DNA from: Campylobacterota bacterium
Lineage (GTDB): Bacteria; Campylobacterota; Campylobacteria; Campylobacterales; Sulfurimonadaceae
NCBI GenBank assembly: GCA_034716265.1
Contig: JAYEGK010000253.1
Span: 952 to 64,951, forward strand
Length of the DNA: 64,000 nucleotides
Direction: 5' to 3'
Shown here: in pieces, positions 49,565-59,812 of the stretch
How positions within the stretch are numbered: position 1 is the first letter of the stretch
Layout of the letters: every line of letters begins with the position of its first letter
The notes under the pieces: model-generated
Seen by the model: only the letters and a program-made list of their open reading frames with translations
Databases searched by the model: none
What the model was told of the DNA's origin: nothing
Made by a program: the position numbers and the translations under genes

Positions 49565-51388
49565 TTAAAGTGAAATATAGAAACAGGAACCCTTTGCTAA
49601 TTCACTTTCAACCCAGATATCTCCTTTATGGAGATCTTTAATAATTGACCTGGTGATAGCGAGTCCTAAACCTGTTCCTTTTGCTACATTTGTGTGTGCA
49701 TTCTCTCCCTGTTTAAATGGTTTAAATAGGGTTTTAATATCCTCTTGAGAGATACCCTCTCCATTATCACAAATTCCAAAGATATGCTTTAAACCCTCTT
49801 TTGTATGTGAAATTTTAATTTCACCACCATCTGGTGTAAATTTGATAGCATTTGATAATATATTTATAAAAGATTGTTTTAAAAGTTGTTTATCCGCTAC
49901 TAATGTCTGGTTCTCTTCATACTCAAACATAGAGAAGTTGATATTTTTCTCTTGAAGTTGATTTTCAAACATCACGAGAATCTCATCAAAGATAGACTTT
50001 ATCTCTATCGTAGAGGGATTAAACTCCATCTCCCCCTCCTCTATTTTTGAAAAATCTAAAATAGAGTTTACAAGAGTTAAAAGATTTTTACCTGAGATCG
50101 CTATCTTTTCTACAGCAAGAGCATCTTTCTCATTTAATGTTTTTTTACGTTGTAAAATCTGAGAGAAACCAATAATAGCGTTGAGTGGAGTTCGAAGTTC
50201 ATGACTCATATTGGCTAAGAAACGTCCCTTTATCTTTTCCGCTTCATTTGCTTTTTCAAGTGCTTCATAGAGATTTGTTAGATCGTAACGGATCGCTAGG
50301 TATTCAACAATATTATCATATTCATCAAGAATAGGGACAATAGAAGCATGAATAAAGTAGGTGTTACCATCTTTAGAGATATTTTTTATATTACCTTGCC
50401 ATGCCTTTTTTGAAGAGAGATTTTTCCACATATGTTCAAAAGTCTCTTTAGATTCATCAGGGTGTCTGAGTATAGAGTGAGATTTTCCTAGTAACTCTTC
50501 GTGTGAATAACCAGATATTTTAATAAAAGCATCATTGGCATAGGTGATTTTTCCCGTTATATTAGTTCTAGAAACAATAGCACCTAAATCAACAGCTTTT
50601 TTATATTCGGAAAGAAGTTTATCTTTATTTAGCACTTTACCTGCAAGCTTTTTATGTTTGCTTTTCATAAAGAAAAAATAGTATAAAGCTAAAAAACTAA
50701 AATTGAAAAGTATAAATAAAACGATAATATAGGTTAACTTTTGAACAGAACCAAAAGAGTATTCTAAAGGTATTGAGACCTCAATGACCCCTCTTACATC
50801 TCCTAGTTTCCAATCATCTTTTGGAGTATCAACTCTTGCATTGTGGCAACTTACACAAGATGGCTCTGAAAGATAATCGGGTATGGCAGTCCTAAAAACA
50901 GTTCTTCCATCGATTATATTCTCTTCAGAGTATATCTGCTTGGGATTTTTTAAAACAAAAGCAAGTGCATTTTTTTGAAAATCATCTAAAATGCGATCTT
51001 CTCGATTTGGGAAGGGGTAGTTACTATACATCGAAACAGTGAGGTCTGTTTCTTTGGTAAAAAGATCTCCCAAATCGTGAACTAATGTAGCTGGAAGAGG
51101 CACCGTTTTACTATCTGTTTTATGATCAAAATTTGCATAAAGGTCTGTATTAAGTGCTACTTTAGAGAGAATATCTTTTGCATAGTAGGCACGAAAAGAT
51201 CTTAGATAAGATATCAATCTTTGAGACTCTAAAAAAGCCTCTTTTTTTACCTGTTGCTGTGCAAAATAGGGAACAATATAGAGGAGTCCTATAAGCATCA
51301 TAGTTGTAGTAACTAGAACTGCACCAACCATACTCTCTTTAAAAATTTTATTAAAAAAATCACTCATTGAATACACTCTCTTATACAC
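49565..51388 (-). CDS. Sensor histidine kinase with periplasmic haem c (DUF3365-like) and PAS domains
   Basis: TM, YPFPNR, CVSCH, WKLGDVRG, TM, PAS, MSHELRTPLN, NAIKFT, GTGLGL. Confidence 0.9.
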   Translation of the reverse strand: MYKRVYSMSDFFNKIFKESMVGAVLVTTTMMLIGLLYIVPYFAQQQVKKEAFLESQRLISYLRSFRAYYAKDILSKVALNTDLYANFDHKTDSKTVPLPATLVHDLGDLFTKETDLTVSMYSNYPFPNREDRILDDFQKNALAFVLKNPKQIYSEENIIDGRTVFRTAIPDYLSEPSCVSCHNARVDTPKDDWKLGDVRGVIEVSIPLEYSFGSVQKLTYIIVLFILFNFSFLALYYFFFMKSKHKKLAGKVLNKDKLLSEYKKAVDLGAIVSRTNITGKITYANDAFIKISGYSHEELLGKSHSILRHPDESKETFEHMWKNLSSKKAWQGNIKNISKDGNTYFIHASIVPILDEYDNIVEYLAIRYDLTNLYEALEKANEAEKIKGRFLANMSHELRTPLNAIIGFSQILQRKKTLNEKDALAVEKIAISGKNLLTLVNSILDFSKIEEGEMEFNPSTIEIKSIFDEILVMFENQLQEKNINFSMFEYEENQTLVADKQLLKQSFINILSNAIKFTPDGGEIKISHTKEGLKHIFGICDNGEGISQEDIKTLFKPFKQGENAHTNVAKGTGLGLAITRSIIKDLHKGDIWVESELAKGSCFYISL

Positions 51389-51486
51389 GATTAATTTTTA
51401 TTATATTTCTTAATTCTACATTATTTATCTTAAATATAGTAAATATTTTGTAAACTTAACAACTTTATAATTTAAGAGAGGACAAT

Positions 51487-52593
51487 ATGTCAGATACTAT
51501 CTCAATTTTAGCAGTCGATGATGAACCTTTTAACTTAGATCTTATTGAAGCTTCGTTTATGGACTATGAAAATATAGAGATAACAAATGCTATCAATGGT
51601 CAAGAAGCATTAGATGCTCTTAATATAACTTCTTTTGATGTAGTTTTACTTGATATTAGTATGCCTGTTATGGATGGTTTAACTGTTCTTAAAATTATAC
51701 GAGAAGACTCAAGGTTTGAGCAACTCCCTGTTTTAATGGTTACCGCAAATGCTGAAAAAGAGCAAGAATCTATCGTTGCAGGTGCGAGTGATTTTATATC
51801 TAAACCTTATGATATAGAGGTTCTGTGTGCAAGAACACTTAACTATGCAAAAATGAATAAATATCATAAACAGATAGAAAATCAGCAACATATCTTAGAA
51901 GAGCAGGTAAAAGAGAGAACAAAAGATCTTCAAACTGCACTAAAAATGGCAAAAAAAACAGAGTTTGAAATCTCTATTCGATTGGGTCGTGCTAGTGAGT
52001 TTAGAGATCTAGAAACAGGTGGACATATTAAAAGAATGAGTCACTATTCAAAACTTTTAGCATCTCTTGATGGACTTGATGATGATGAGTGTGAGTTAGT
52101 TCTCTATGCCGCGCCTCTTCACGATATTGGAAAGGTTGGTATTCCAGATAAAATACTTTTAAAACCTGGTAGATTTGTTGATGATGAGTTTGAGACAATG
52201 AAGATGCATGCTGAACTTGGTGCAAAGATGCTTGAAGGAGCAGATGAGTTTCCTGTTTTAAAAGCGGGTCATATTATCGCCCTACAACATCATGAGAGAT
52301 GGGATGGAAAAGGGTATCCACACAATCTAAAAGGTGAAGAGATACATCATTATGCTCGGATAGTGGCTATAGCTGATGTTTTTGATGCATTGAGTTCAAA
52401 ACGTTGTTATAAAGAACCTATGCCTCTGGATAAAGTTTTATCTATTATGAAAACAGACTCTGGAACACATTTTGATCCACACTTAATAGAACTTTTTCTA
52501 AATAATATAGATAAATTTTTGGAAATAAAAGAACAGTACAAAGATGATGATAATGCGCACAGTATTATGGAAATAATAAATGGAAAAAAGTAG
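51487..52593 (+). CDS. Response regulator c-di-GMP phosphodiesterase (REC-HD-GYP)
   Basis: VDDE/DISMP receiver; HDIGK, HHERWDGKGYP, ADVFDAL. Confidence 0.94.
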   Translation: MSDTISILAVDDEPFNLDLIEASFMDYENIEITNAINGQEALDALNITSFDVVLLDISMPVMDGLTVLKIIREDSRFEQLPVLMVTANAEKEQESIVAGASDFISKPYDIEVLCARTLNYAKMNKYHKQIENQQHILEEQVKERTKDLQTALKMAKKTEFEISIRLGRASEFRDLETGGHIKRMSHYSKLLASLDGLDDDECELVLYAAPLHDIGKVGIPDKILLKPGRFVDDEFETMKMHAELGAKMLEGADEFPVLKAGHIIALQHHERWDGKGYPHNLKGEEIHHYARIVAIADVFDALSSKRCYKEPMPLDKVLSIMKTDSGTHFDPHLIELFLNNIDKFLEIKEQYKDDDNAHSIMEIINGKK

Positions 52594-52950
52594 ATGAAAA
52601 TAGTTTTTGTAGATGATAATGAACTCAATCGAATGGTTATGGAAGATATGCTTGAAATAGTTTTTGAAGATGCTACGATTGAGGTTTATGAGAGTGCAAA
52701 AGAGGTTTTAATGCTTAAACTTGAAGAGTATGACCTTATTTTAAGTGATATTGATATGCCAGAGATGGATGGGTTTTCATTGTATACAGCATTAAGAACT
52801 GAATATAACTTTGATAAACCTATTATTGCCGTAACTGCCCTTGCTGTTAATGGGGATAAGGAGAGGATTTTAATGCATGGTTTTAGTGACTATATATCTA
52901 AGCCTATCGATATGAATCAACTAGAACTAACAATAAAAAAAAACCTTTAA
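52594..52950 (+). CDS. Single-domain response regulator
   Basis: VDDN, DIDMP, AVTA, SKP. Confidence 0.92.
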   Translation: MKIVFVDDNELNRMVMEDMLEIVFEDATIEVYESAKEVLMLKLEEYDLILSDIDMPEMDGFSLYTALRTEYNFDKPIIAVTALAVNGDKERILMHGFSDYISKPIDMNQLELTIKKNL

Positions 52951-52961
52951 AGATATAAATT

Positions 52962-55301
52962 ATGAAACAAAAAGAGATAGATACATTATTAAATAGTTTT
53001 TTTCTTTCTAAAGAAGATTTAGATTCAAGAGAGTGCTTTAGAGAGTTTGCACACTCATTAAGTGATATTATTATTAACGATTTTGCAACAGACTATCTTC
53101 TCAACAATCCCTATCTTAGTGTTTATTTAGCACATACAGATGGCACTATGTTACTAAAAAAGATTAAAACATTTTTAGCATTTGTATTGGTTGAGCCAGT
53201 TGATGAGCTTTATGTTAAAAAAATTCATTTTATAGGTTCTATTCACTACTCTATTAAACTAGATCCGGCAAAAGTGAGTTATGGTTTTTGGGCTATTAAT
53301 GAGATAGTAAATAAGATGTCAGAAGTAAATGAGATAGTAAATCAACATAAGATACTCTTAACAAAACTACTTCGTTTAATTGAGCATCTAATGAATGATG
53401 GATATTATATTGAAAAAGATAAAAATATTAATAGAAATGAATCACAAGTAATCAATATACAAAATGAACTCCATATAGGTTTTAATCTTCATAAACTCAA
53501 TATGAAAAAAATATCTATGGCTGTTTCGATGCAGGATATATCATTACTTCCTGAGATAGAAAAGAGCGCAACTAACTCTACATTTGGAAAGATTATTGAT
53601 ACTATATCTCAAGAAGAGAGATATGAGTATATTTTAGGATTTAACAATACAGAGATAAAAGATATCCATCATAGTTGGTATATTAAGTTTTTACAACTCA
53701 AAGAATCGATGGAAAATAAAGATTCTCAAAAAATTACAAAAAACTATGAAAGCTTAAAGACCTTAACAGATACTCTTCATAAAATACTAGACAACTCTCT
53801 TCAAAACTCTTTAGAGGATGGTCAACTAGCACTTAACTCTAGTATAAATGCGATGAAAAATATGACAGAACTTTTTTATCATAAAGATCTCCAAGAGTTT
53901 GAAAAAGATGGTTTGGAAAAAACACTTAATAAGATGATTAAAGAGACTATCATATCTGAATTAAGTTGGGCTATTAACGATATAGAGGTACATAGTGAAA
54001 ACAATTTTGGAATAGGTTTTACTATTGTAAAACAGATTAGATATAAGATTCAAAATATTTTTATAGGTATTAAACTTAAAGATGGACATAACAGTAGTTA
54101 TCTTATGGAGATGATAAATCTACTTTTAGAGGTACTAGATCTACATCTCTCTGTTACAGAAAGAGAGATATCTCTTATTAAATTTGCAGATAAAGCGGAG
54201 AGTGCAAATAAGTCTAAGGATATGTTTTTGGCAAATATGTCTCATGAACTTCGTACACCATTAAATGCTATTACAGGTTTTTCTCAAATTTTAATGATAA
54301 AAAAAGATACACCACCAAATGTTAAAAAATATGTAGAAAAGATAAATATTGCAGGAAATAACCTTCTAGAGCTGGTAAATACAATTTTAGATTTTGCAAA
54401 ACTTGAAGCGGGTAAGATGCAGTTTAACCCAAGTTTGAGTAATATATCTGATGTTTTAAGTGAAGTAGAAACACTTACATCACCTTTAGCCCAGCAAAAA
54501 AATATAGATCTAAAGATGCCAAATATAATTTCGTTAAATCTTTATATAGATAAAGTGCTTTTTAAACAAGTTCTTATAAACTTTTTAACAAACGCTATTA
54601 AGTTTACACACGAAAATGGTGAAGTAAGTTTAAGTATCGAATATAATGCAGATAAGCATCGGTACATTTTTGAAGTAAAAGATAATGGTATCGGTCTTTC
54701 TCAATTTTCTATCGGAAAACTATTTCAAGCATTTTCACAAGTTGAAAATAGTTATCAAAAAGAGCATAAAGGAACAGGATTAGGGTTGATGATAAGTAAA
54801 AAAATCATCGAAGATCTTCATAATGGAAAAATTTGGGTTGAGAGTGAAGAGGGAAAAGGGAGTAGTTTTTTTATCTCTATAACAACCCCTATGATAGAAT
54901 CACACACATATAGTGTAAATGAAGCACCTAAAGATGCACCAAGTATCTTGATTGTAGAGGATAGTGAGAACTATCAAAAGATATTGATAGAACACCTAAT
55001 AAATACACATAATATGATTATAACAGATACGGTAAACAAAGCAAAAAAACTTTTAACTGAAAATAGTTATGATTTTGTTATCTTAGATTTTTTCTTAACA
55101 GATGGTATCAGTTCAGAGGTATTAGAGTTTATGGAAAAAGAGAATATAGATATTCCAACTATAGTAATATCTGCTGAAGATGAGATAATTATATCCTCTT
55201 CATTGTCAGGTTCCTCAAATTTAGAGTGTATTGTAAATAAGAAAAATATTGATCAAATTTGCTCCTCTTTAAGAGGTGAAATGGTTGATATTAAGGATTA
55301 A
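52962..55301 (+). CDS. Cytoplasmic hybrid histidine kinase with N-terminal globin-like sensor
   Basis: No TM; YVKKIHFIGSIHYSIKL (globin-coupled sensor proximal His pattern), MSHELRTPLN, HATPase boxes, C-terminal REC (VEDS, LDFFL). Confidence 0.85.
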   Translation: MKQKEIDTLLNSFFLSKEDLDSRECFREFAHSLSDIIINDFATDYLLNNPYLSVYLAHTDGTMLLKKIKTFLAFVLVEPVDELYVKKIHFIGSIHYSIKLDPAKVSYGFWAINEIVNKMSEVNEIVNQHKILLTKLLRLIEHLMNDGYYIEKDKNINRNESQVINIQNELHIGFNLHKLNMKKISMAVSMQDISLLPEIEKSATNSTFGKIIDTISQEERYEYILGFNNTEIKDIHHSWYIKFLQLKESMENKDSQKITKNYESLKTLTDTLHKILDNSLQNSLEDGQLALNSSINAMKNMTELFYHKDLQEFEKDGLEKTLNKMIKETIISELSWAINDIEVHSENNFGIGFTIVKQIRYKIQNIFIGIKLKDGHNSSYLMEMINLLLEVLDLHLSVTEREISLIKFADKAESANKSKDMFLANMSHELRTPLNAITGFSQILMIKKDTPPNVKKYVEKINIAGNNLLELVNTILDFAKLEAGKMQFNPSLSNISDVLSEVETLTSPLAQQKNIDLKMPNIISLNLYIDKVLFKQVLINFLTNAIKFTHENGEVSLSIEYNADKHRYIFEVKDNGIGLSQFSIGKLFQAFSQVENSYQKEHKGTGLGLMISKKIIEDLHNGKIWVESEEGKGSSFFISITTPMIESHTYSVNEAPKDAPSILIVEDSENYQKILIEHLINTHNMIITDTVNKAKKLLTENSYDFVILDFFLTDGISSEVLEFMEKENIDIPTIVISAEDEIIISSSLSGSSNLECIVNKKNIDQICSSLRGEMVDIKD

Positions 55302-55325
55302 AAAGGTAGAATACAGATCTTTTAA

Positions 55326-55413
55326 GGACAGCTGGCCGAGTGGTCGAAGGCGCTCGCCTGGAACGCGGGTATAGGGTAACCTATCTAGGGTTCGAATCCC
55401 TAGCTGTCCACCA
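55326..55413 (+). tRNA. tRNA-Ser(GGA)
   Basis: GGACAGC...GCTGTCC-A-CCA, anticodon loop CTGGAAC, long variable arm. Confidence 0.96.
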
Positions 55414-55459
55414 TCTTTAAACTACTCTATCCACTTAACTCTCATTATAAAGAAAAAAT

Positions 55460-57556
55460 ATGCAAACACTAACAGAATTACTAACAAAAAAAACAGCTTT
55501 AAAAAAAGAGTATATTACCAATATATTAAAACTTTTAAATGATGGTGCAACTATCCCTTTTATAGCTCGATATAGAAAGGAGATGACAGGTGGAGCTGAT
55601 GATGAAACACTTCGTGATTTTGAAACAGTTTATAACTCCTCTCAAAAGCTTCTTGAACGTAAAGAGGAGGTGTCTCGTCTTATTGATCAAAGAGCTACTC
55701 TCTCAGAAAATATAAAAAAGAGTATAGAGGATGCTCAAACTCTTCGTGAACTTGAAGATATTTATAGACCCTTTAAAGAGAAGAAAAACACTCGTGCTAC
55801 TACCGCTATGACAAAAGGTTTAACGCCTTTAGCAGATACTCTTCAAAAAGCGATGCTTTCATTAGATGAGTTTAGATCTAAAGCTAAAAAGTTTTTAAAA
55901 GGGGATGTGAGTTCGATCGATGAAGCTATAAAAGGTGCGCAAGATATTTTAGCGGAACGTTATGCTGATCTTCCTAGGGAGCGTGAAGCTATTCGTAACT
56001 CTATGCTTCGTTTTGGAAATATTGAGGTGAAAAAAAGTAAAAAATTTAATGAAAATGGAACATTTAAAAACCTTGTAGGAAAATCTGAAAAAGTAGCGTA
56101 TATTCCCTCTCATCGTTATCTTGCTATTATGCGTGGTGTAAAAGAGAGGGAACTCTCTGTTAAAATAACTATCGATATAGAGCGTATAGAGGAGAATATA
56201 AAACAGTATAAAATAGCTCCTAATGCCTCAAGCTCTAAAACTCTTCTTTTTGATGCCTATAAAGATGGTCTTAAACGTTTACTTTTTCCATCTTTAGAGC
56301 GAGAACTTCATAGTGAACTAAAACAAAAAGCAGATAACTCTGCGATAGCTATTTTTGGTAAAAATCTTAATCAACTCTTGATGACTCCACCTGTAACTTC
56401 TCGTGTTATTTTAGGTGTTGATCCCGCCTTTGTGAGTGGTTGTAAGTTAGCTGTTATCGATGAAAATGGTAACTATTTAGCGTCCGCTGTTATCTATCCT
56501 ACACAACCTAAAAAAGATTATGAGGGTTCAAAAAGAGAAGTTTTAGCACTTAATAAAAAATATAATATTAATGGTGTTGCTATCGGAAATGGAACAGGTT
56601 CACGAGAGACACAAGAGTTTTTTGCTCGTTTAAATAAAGAGGAAAATAGCAATTTAAATTATACAGTAGTAAGTGAAGCGGGAGCATCTGTTTACTCCGC
56701 TTCAAAACTTGCTCAAGAGGAGTATCCCCATCTTGATGTAACGATAAGAGGAGCTATCTCCATAGCACAACGACTTCGTGACCCGATGGCTACTTTAGTA
56801 AAAATCGACCCAAAATCTTTAGGTATCGGACAGTATCAGCATGATGTTGATCAAAAACTTTTAGAGAAAAAACTCAATGATATAACAGGTGACTTAGTAA
56901 ATAGAGTGGGAGTAGATATCAATTCAGCTTCCGCTTCACTTCTTTCTCATATCGCAGGGATAGGTTTGAAGATAGCTAAAAATATTATAGAGTATCGTAA
57001 TGAAAATGGTAACTTCACAACAAAAAGTCAACTCTTAAAAGTGAAGGGTTTAGGAAGAAAAGCTTATGAACAATCTGCTGGATTTATCCGTATTAAAGAT
57101 GGACAGAGAGTTTTTGATAATAGTGGGATTCATCCTGAGAGTTATGATATAGCAAAAAAAATAGATGCTTTAGAACTAGATAAGATAGATGTTGATGCAC
57201 AAGCGATACTTTTAAATGTTGGAGTACAAACACTCAAGGATATTATAAAAGAGCTACAAAAACCTGGATTTGACCCTCGTGAAGAGTTACCTCCTATTCC
57301 ATTTAAAGAGGGAGTTACAGATATTAAGATGTTAAAAGAGGGTTCTTTTATCTCTGGTGTTGTTCGTAATATTACCGATTTTGGTGCATTTGTAGATATC
57401 GGTTTGAAAAATGATGGGATGATTCATATCTCTAAAATGAGTGAAAAAAGGGTAAAGCATCCTCTTGAAGTTTTATCCCTTAACCAATATCTTCCTCGAA
57501 TAGAGGTTGTTTCTATCGATAATGAAAAGGCAAAGGTAGGGCTTAGTTTATTATGA
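55460..57556 (+). CDS. tex: Tex family RNA-binding transcription accessory protein
   Basis: GATIPFIARYRKE, GVDP, SEAGASVYSAS, GIGQYQHDV, HhH motifs, C-terminal S1. Confidence 0.95.
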   Translation: MQTLTELLTKKTALKKEYITNILKLLNDGATIPFIARYRKEMTGGADDETLRDFETVYNSSQKLLERKEEVSRLIDQRATLSENIKKSIEDAQTLRELEDIYRPFKEKKNTRATTAMTKGLTPLADTLQKAMLSLDEFRSKAKKFLKGDVSSIDEAIKGAQDILAERYADLPREREAIRNSMLRFGNIEVKKSKKFNENGTFKNLVGKSEKVAYIPSHRYLAIMRGVKERELSVKITIDIERIEENIKQYKIAPNASSSKTLLFDAYKDGLKRLLFPSLERELHSELKQKADNSAIAIFGKNLNQLLMTPPVTSRVILGVDPAFVSGCKLAVIDENGNYLASAVIYPTQPKKDYEGSKREVLALNKKYNINGVAIGNGTGSRETQEFFARLNKEENSNLNYTVVSEAGASVYSASKLAQEEYPHLDVTIRGAISIAQRLRDPMATLVKIDPKSLGIGQYQHDVDQKLLEKKLNDITGDLVNRVGVDINSASASLLSHIAGIGLKIAKNIIEYRNENGNFTTKSQLLKVKGLGRKAYEQSAGFIRIKDGQRVFDNSGIHPESYDIAKKIDALELDKIDVDAQAILLNVGVQTLKDIIKELQKPGFDPREELPPIPFKEGVTDIKMLKEGSFISGVVRNITDFGAFVDIGLKNDGMIHISKMSEKRVKHPLEVLSLNQYLPRIEVVSIDNEKAKVGLSLL

Positions 57557-57900
57557 ATCAGGAGCAAAAACAGAAGATAAAAACAAAAATTCTTCAAGAT
57601 ATAGAAGATATTGAAAAAACAATAGAGGCTCTTGCAGAGTTCACAAAACCGATAGCACCTGATTGTGCTTTGGGTTGTCAACTTCGTGATGAGATGATAG
57701 TCGAACAGGAGGTAAGTGCAACAACTCTACAACAATCAGAGATAAAGCTTAACAAACTCAAATACGCTTTGAGTAAAATCGATAAAGATGATTATGGAGT
57801 ATGTAAAGAGTGTGATGAGGAGATTTTAGTTGGACGTTTGATGATTATTCCTGAGTCTCTTTACTGTGTCCCTTGCCAATCAGAGTTGAGTGGTTTATAA
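57553..57900 (+). CDS. TraR/DksA C4 zinc-finger protein
   Basis: Coiled coil then YGVCKECDEEI..GRL..IP..LYCVPCQ. Confidence 0.88.
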   Translation: MNQEQKQKIKTKILQDIEDIEKTIEALAEFTKPIAPDCALGCQLRDEMIVEQEVSATTLQQSEIKLNKLKYALSKIDKDDYGVCKECDEEILVGRLMIIPESLYCVPCQSELSGL

Positions 57901-58747
57901 AAAGTACAGCTACTATACTTATAAATCCACCTATCACTATATGTGTTTGCATCACCTCTCCTAAAACTATCCAAGCGATAAAAAGAGCAAATAGGGGAAC
58001 AAGAAACATAAAAGAGCTAGTTATTTCACTTCCTAATTTTCCAGAGGCGATAAAAAAGATAGTAGTAGCAACAGCTTGACCAAAAACAGCTAAATATATC
58101 AAAGCTATCCAAAATCGACTATCTTGCTCAAATACAACTAAAAGATTTGAACTCTGTCCATATATAAAAGTAGTTATGGTAGCTATAACTGCGATGATGA
58201 AACTATAATGGATAGGATCGATATGTTTATGTGAATGTTGTGCAAGGATAGTCACTCCTGCCCAAGTGATAGCAGATAATAAAAAATAGATATTAGAGCT
58301 ATTTAAAAAATGTTCTAGGGAGTTGAGTTGGAGCATAATAATGCCACCTATTATCCCTAAAAACACTCCAATATATTGAAAATTTTGAACTCTCTTTCTA
58401 AAGATAAGAGCAACCAATAAAAATGTCATAACAGGAGTTAAAGTAGTGATAATAACACTCCCCCCACCAGCAAAACCATCTTTAATACCAAAAAATGAAA
58501 ACAGCATAAACAGGATATTTAAAACAGAACTAGCTAAGATATATTTTATACTCGATTTTTTCAAAGAGAGAGGTTTATGAAAAAAGTAGAGTATAGGAAT
58601 AAAAGCTACACTCATAAAAAAGAATCGCCAAAAGAGAATAATCTCAACTGAAAGATCAACAGTTAAAATCTTAAGGGCACTCCAACCTCCACCCCATAAG
58701 AGCATTGCAAAGATTAGGAGATATATAAAGGGTTTGTTATTTTGCAT
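57845..58747 (-). CDS. DMT/EamA family transporter
   Basis: Ten hydrophobic helices in two repeats; LLWG, WRF, LVPLFALFIAWIVLGE. Confidence 0.9.
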   Translation of the reverse strand: MQNNKPFIYLLIFAMLLWGGGWSALKILTVDLSVEIILFWRFFFMSVAFIPILYFFHKPLSLKKSSIKYILASSVLNILFMLFSFFGIKDGFAGGGSVIITTLTPVMTFLLVALIFRKRVQNFQYIGVFLGIIGGIIMLQLNSLEHFLNSSNIYFLLSAITWAGVTILAQHSHKHIDPIHYSFIIAVIATITTFIYGQSSNLLVVFEQDSRFWIALIYLAVFGQAVATTIFFIASGKLGSEITSSFMFLVPLFALFIAWIVLGEVMQTHIVIGGFISIVAVLFINHSTLIGKGHSKETQE

Positions 58748-58793
58748 CTGAGAACCTTTTATAGTTTTATAGAAAGGATATGATAGCTTGTTC

Positions 58794-58882
58794 TTATTGA
58801 ATAAATATAATACAATTTATAAAAGGAAAAATTATGCTCTCAGTTAGACTAGATTACAATATGGAAAATTAATTAAAATTTT
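58794..58882 (+). pseudogene. Truncated duplicate of the promoter and 5' end of the antitoxin at 59813
   Basis: Nearly identical to 59749-59861 except for a 24-bp deletion and CAA>TAA at 58870; reads MLSVRLDYNMEN*. Confidence 0.9.
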
Positions 58883-58962
58883 GTAACTAATCACCCTCTC
58901 TAAAAGAGAGAATTCCCCTGTATTACAGAAACAAGAGATTCAAATAAAACTCAAAGAGGTAT

Positions 58963-59304
58963 GTGATGTCTAATATCATTGAATATAATGGTTATCTAGG
59001 TTCTATTGAATATTCTTTAGAAGATAAGCTATTTTTTGGAAAGATAGAGATGATAGATGATTTAGTAACATTTGAAGCTGATTCTGCTTTAGAGTTAGAG
59101 GATAATTTTAAAAGTGTAGTTGATGATTATATTGCTACATGTAAAGAGTTAGGAAGAGAACCACAAAAAGCATATAAAGGTGTTTTTAATGTTAGAATAG
59201 ATCCTCAGTTGCATAAAACTCTTTTTAAAGAAGCACTAAAAGCTGGGATGTCGCTTAATGCTTATGTGCAGAGTGTGTTAGCTTCTAAAGTTGCTGTTCA
59301 TTAA
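58963..59304 (+). CDS. hicB: HicB-family antitoxin without an intact hicA
   Basis: YNGYLGSIEYS, VDDYIATC...GREPQKAYKGVFNVRIDPQLH...SLNAYV (HicB plus RHH). Confidence 0.88.
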   Translation: MMSNIIEYNGYLGSIEYSLEDKLFFGKIEMIDDLVTFEADSALELEDNFKSVVDDYIATCKELGREPQKAYKGVFNVRIDPQLHKTLFKEALKAGMSLNAYVQSVLASKVAVH

Positions 59305-59404
59305 ATTTGAAGATTAATAATGAAAACTACACTAAAGCTAGTGAAAATGTAGCGTAAGGTAACAGGTGCTTATAGGAATTAGATTTTTGAAAAAGTTGTC
59401 TTGA

Positions 59405-59479
59405 CTAATTTGGATAGTATAGTTTTATGTCGTAGGTAAAATTTGGATAATTATCTTGTTCCCATATCCATCTTTTCAT
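59405..59479 (-). pseudogene. N-terminal stub of a Fic/DUF4172-family gene
   Basis: AAGGATGG RBS then MKRWIWEQDNYPNFTYD, resembling the DUF4172 N-terminus; stops after 24 aa. Confidence 0.7.
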
Positions 59480-59534
59480 AAAAATACCATCCTTGTTTTA
59501 TAATTATAGTGAAAAATGAAACGATAAAGAGAGA

Positions 59535-59560
59535 TAATCATACCATATTTGATATGATTA
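59535..59560. promoter_or_regulatory. Perfect 8-bp inverted repeat (possible operator) upstream of the Fic stub
   Basis: TAATCATA-N10-TATGATTA. Confidence 0.4.
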
Positions 59561-59726
59561 TATATTTTTTAGTTAAAGAATATATAATTTTATTAAAGTA
59601 TATAATACTGATAATCTATCTATGTCGGATAAAGAGACAGCTTCACGGCACATGGATCAAGCATTAATAACGAAATTTATTACGAAGTTTTCTAAGAGGG
59701 TAAAATGTTTAAGATGGAGAGGAGAG

Positions 59727-59745
59727 TGTAAGAACCACCAGACCT
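59727..59745. repeat. 19-bp direct repeat, left boundary of TA cassette
   Basis: TGTAAGAACCACCAGACCT; 18/19 identical to 60471-60489. Confidence 0.85.
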
Positions 59746-59812
59746 TTATTATTGAATAAATATAATATAATTTGTGATACAATCCGTAATACAATTTATA
59801 AAAGGAAAAATT

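Noticed and set aside
55326-55460. tRNA-Ser as integration site for the signalling cluster
   Set aside because: The cluster lies 5' of the tRNA, and no duplicated tRNA 3' end or integrase was seen.
59774-59812. Longer GTG start for the antitoxin
   Set aside because: It lies in the promoter/operator region; the RBS supports ATG 59813.
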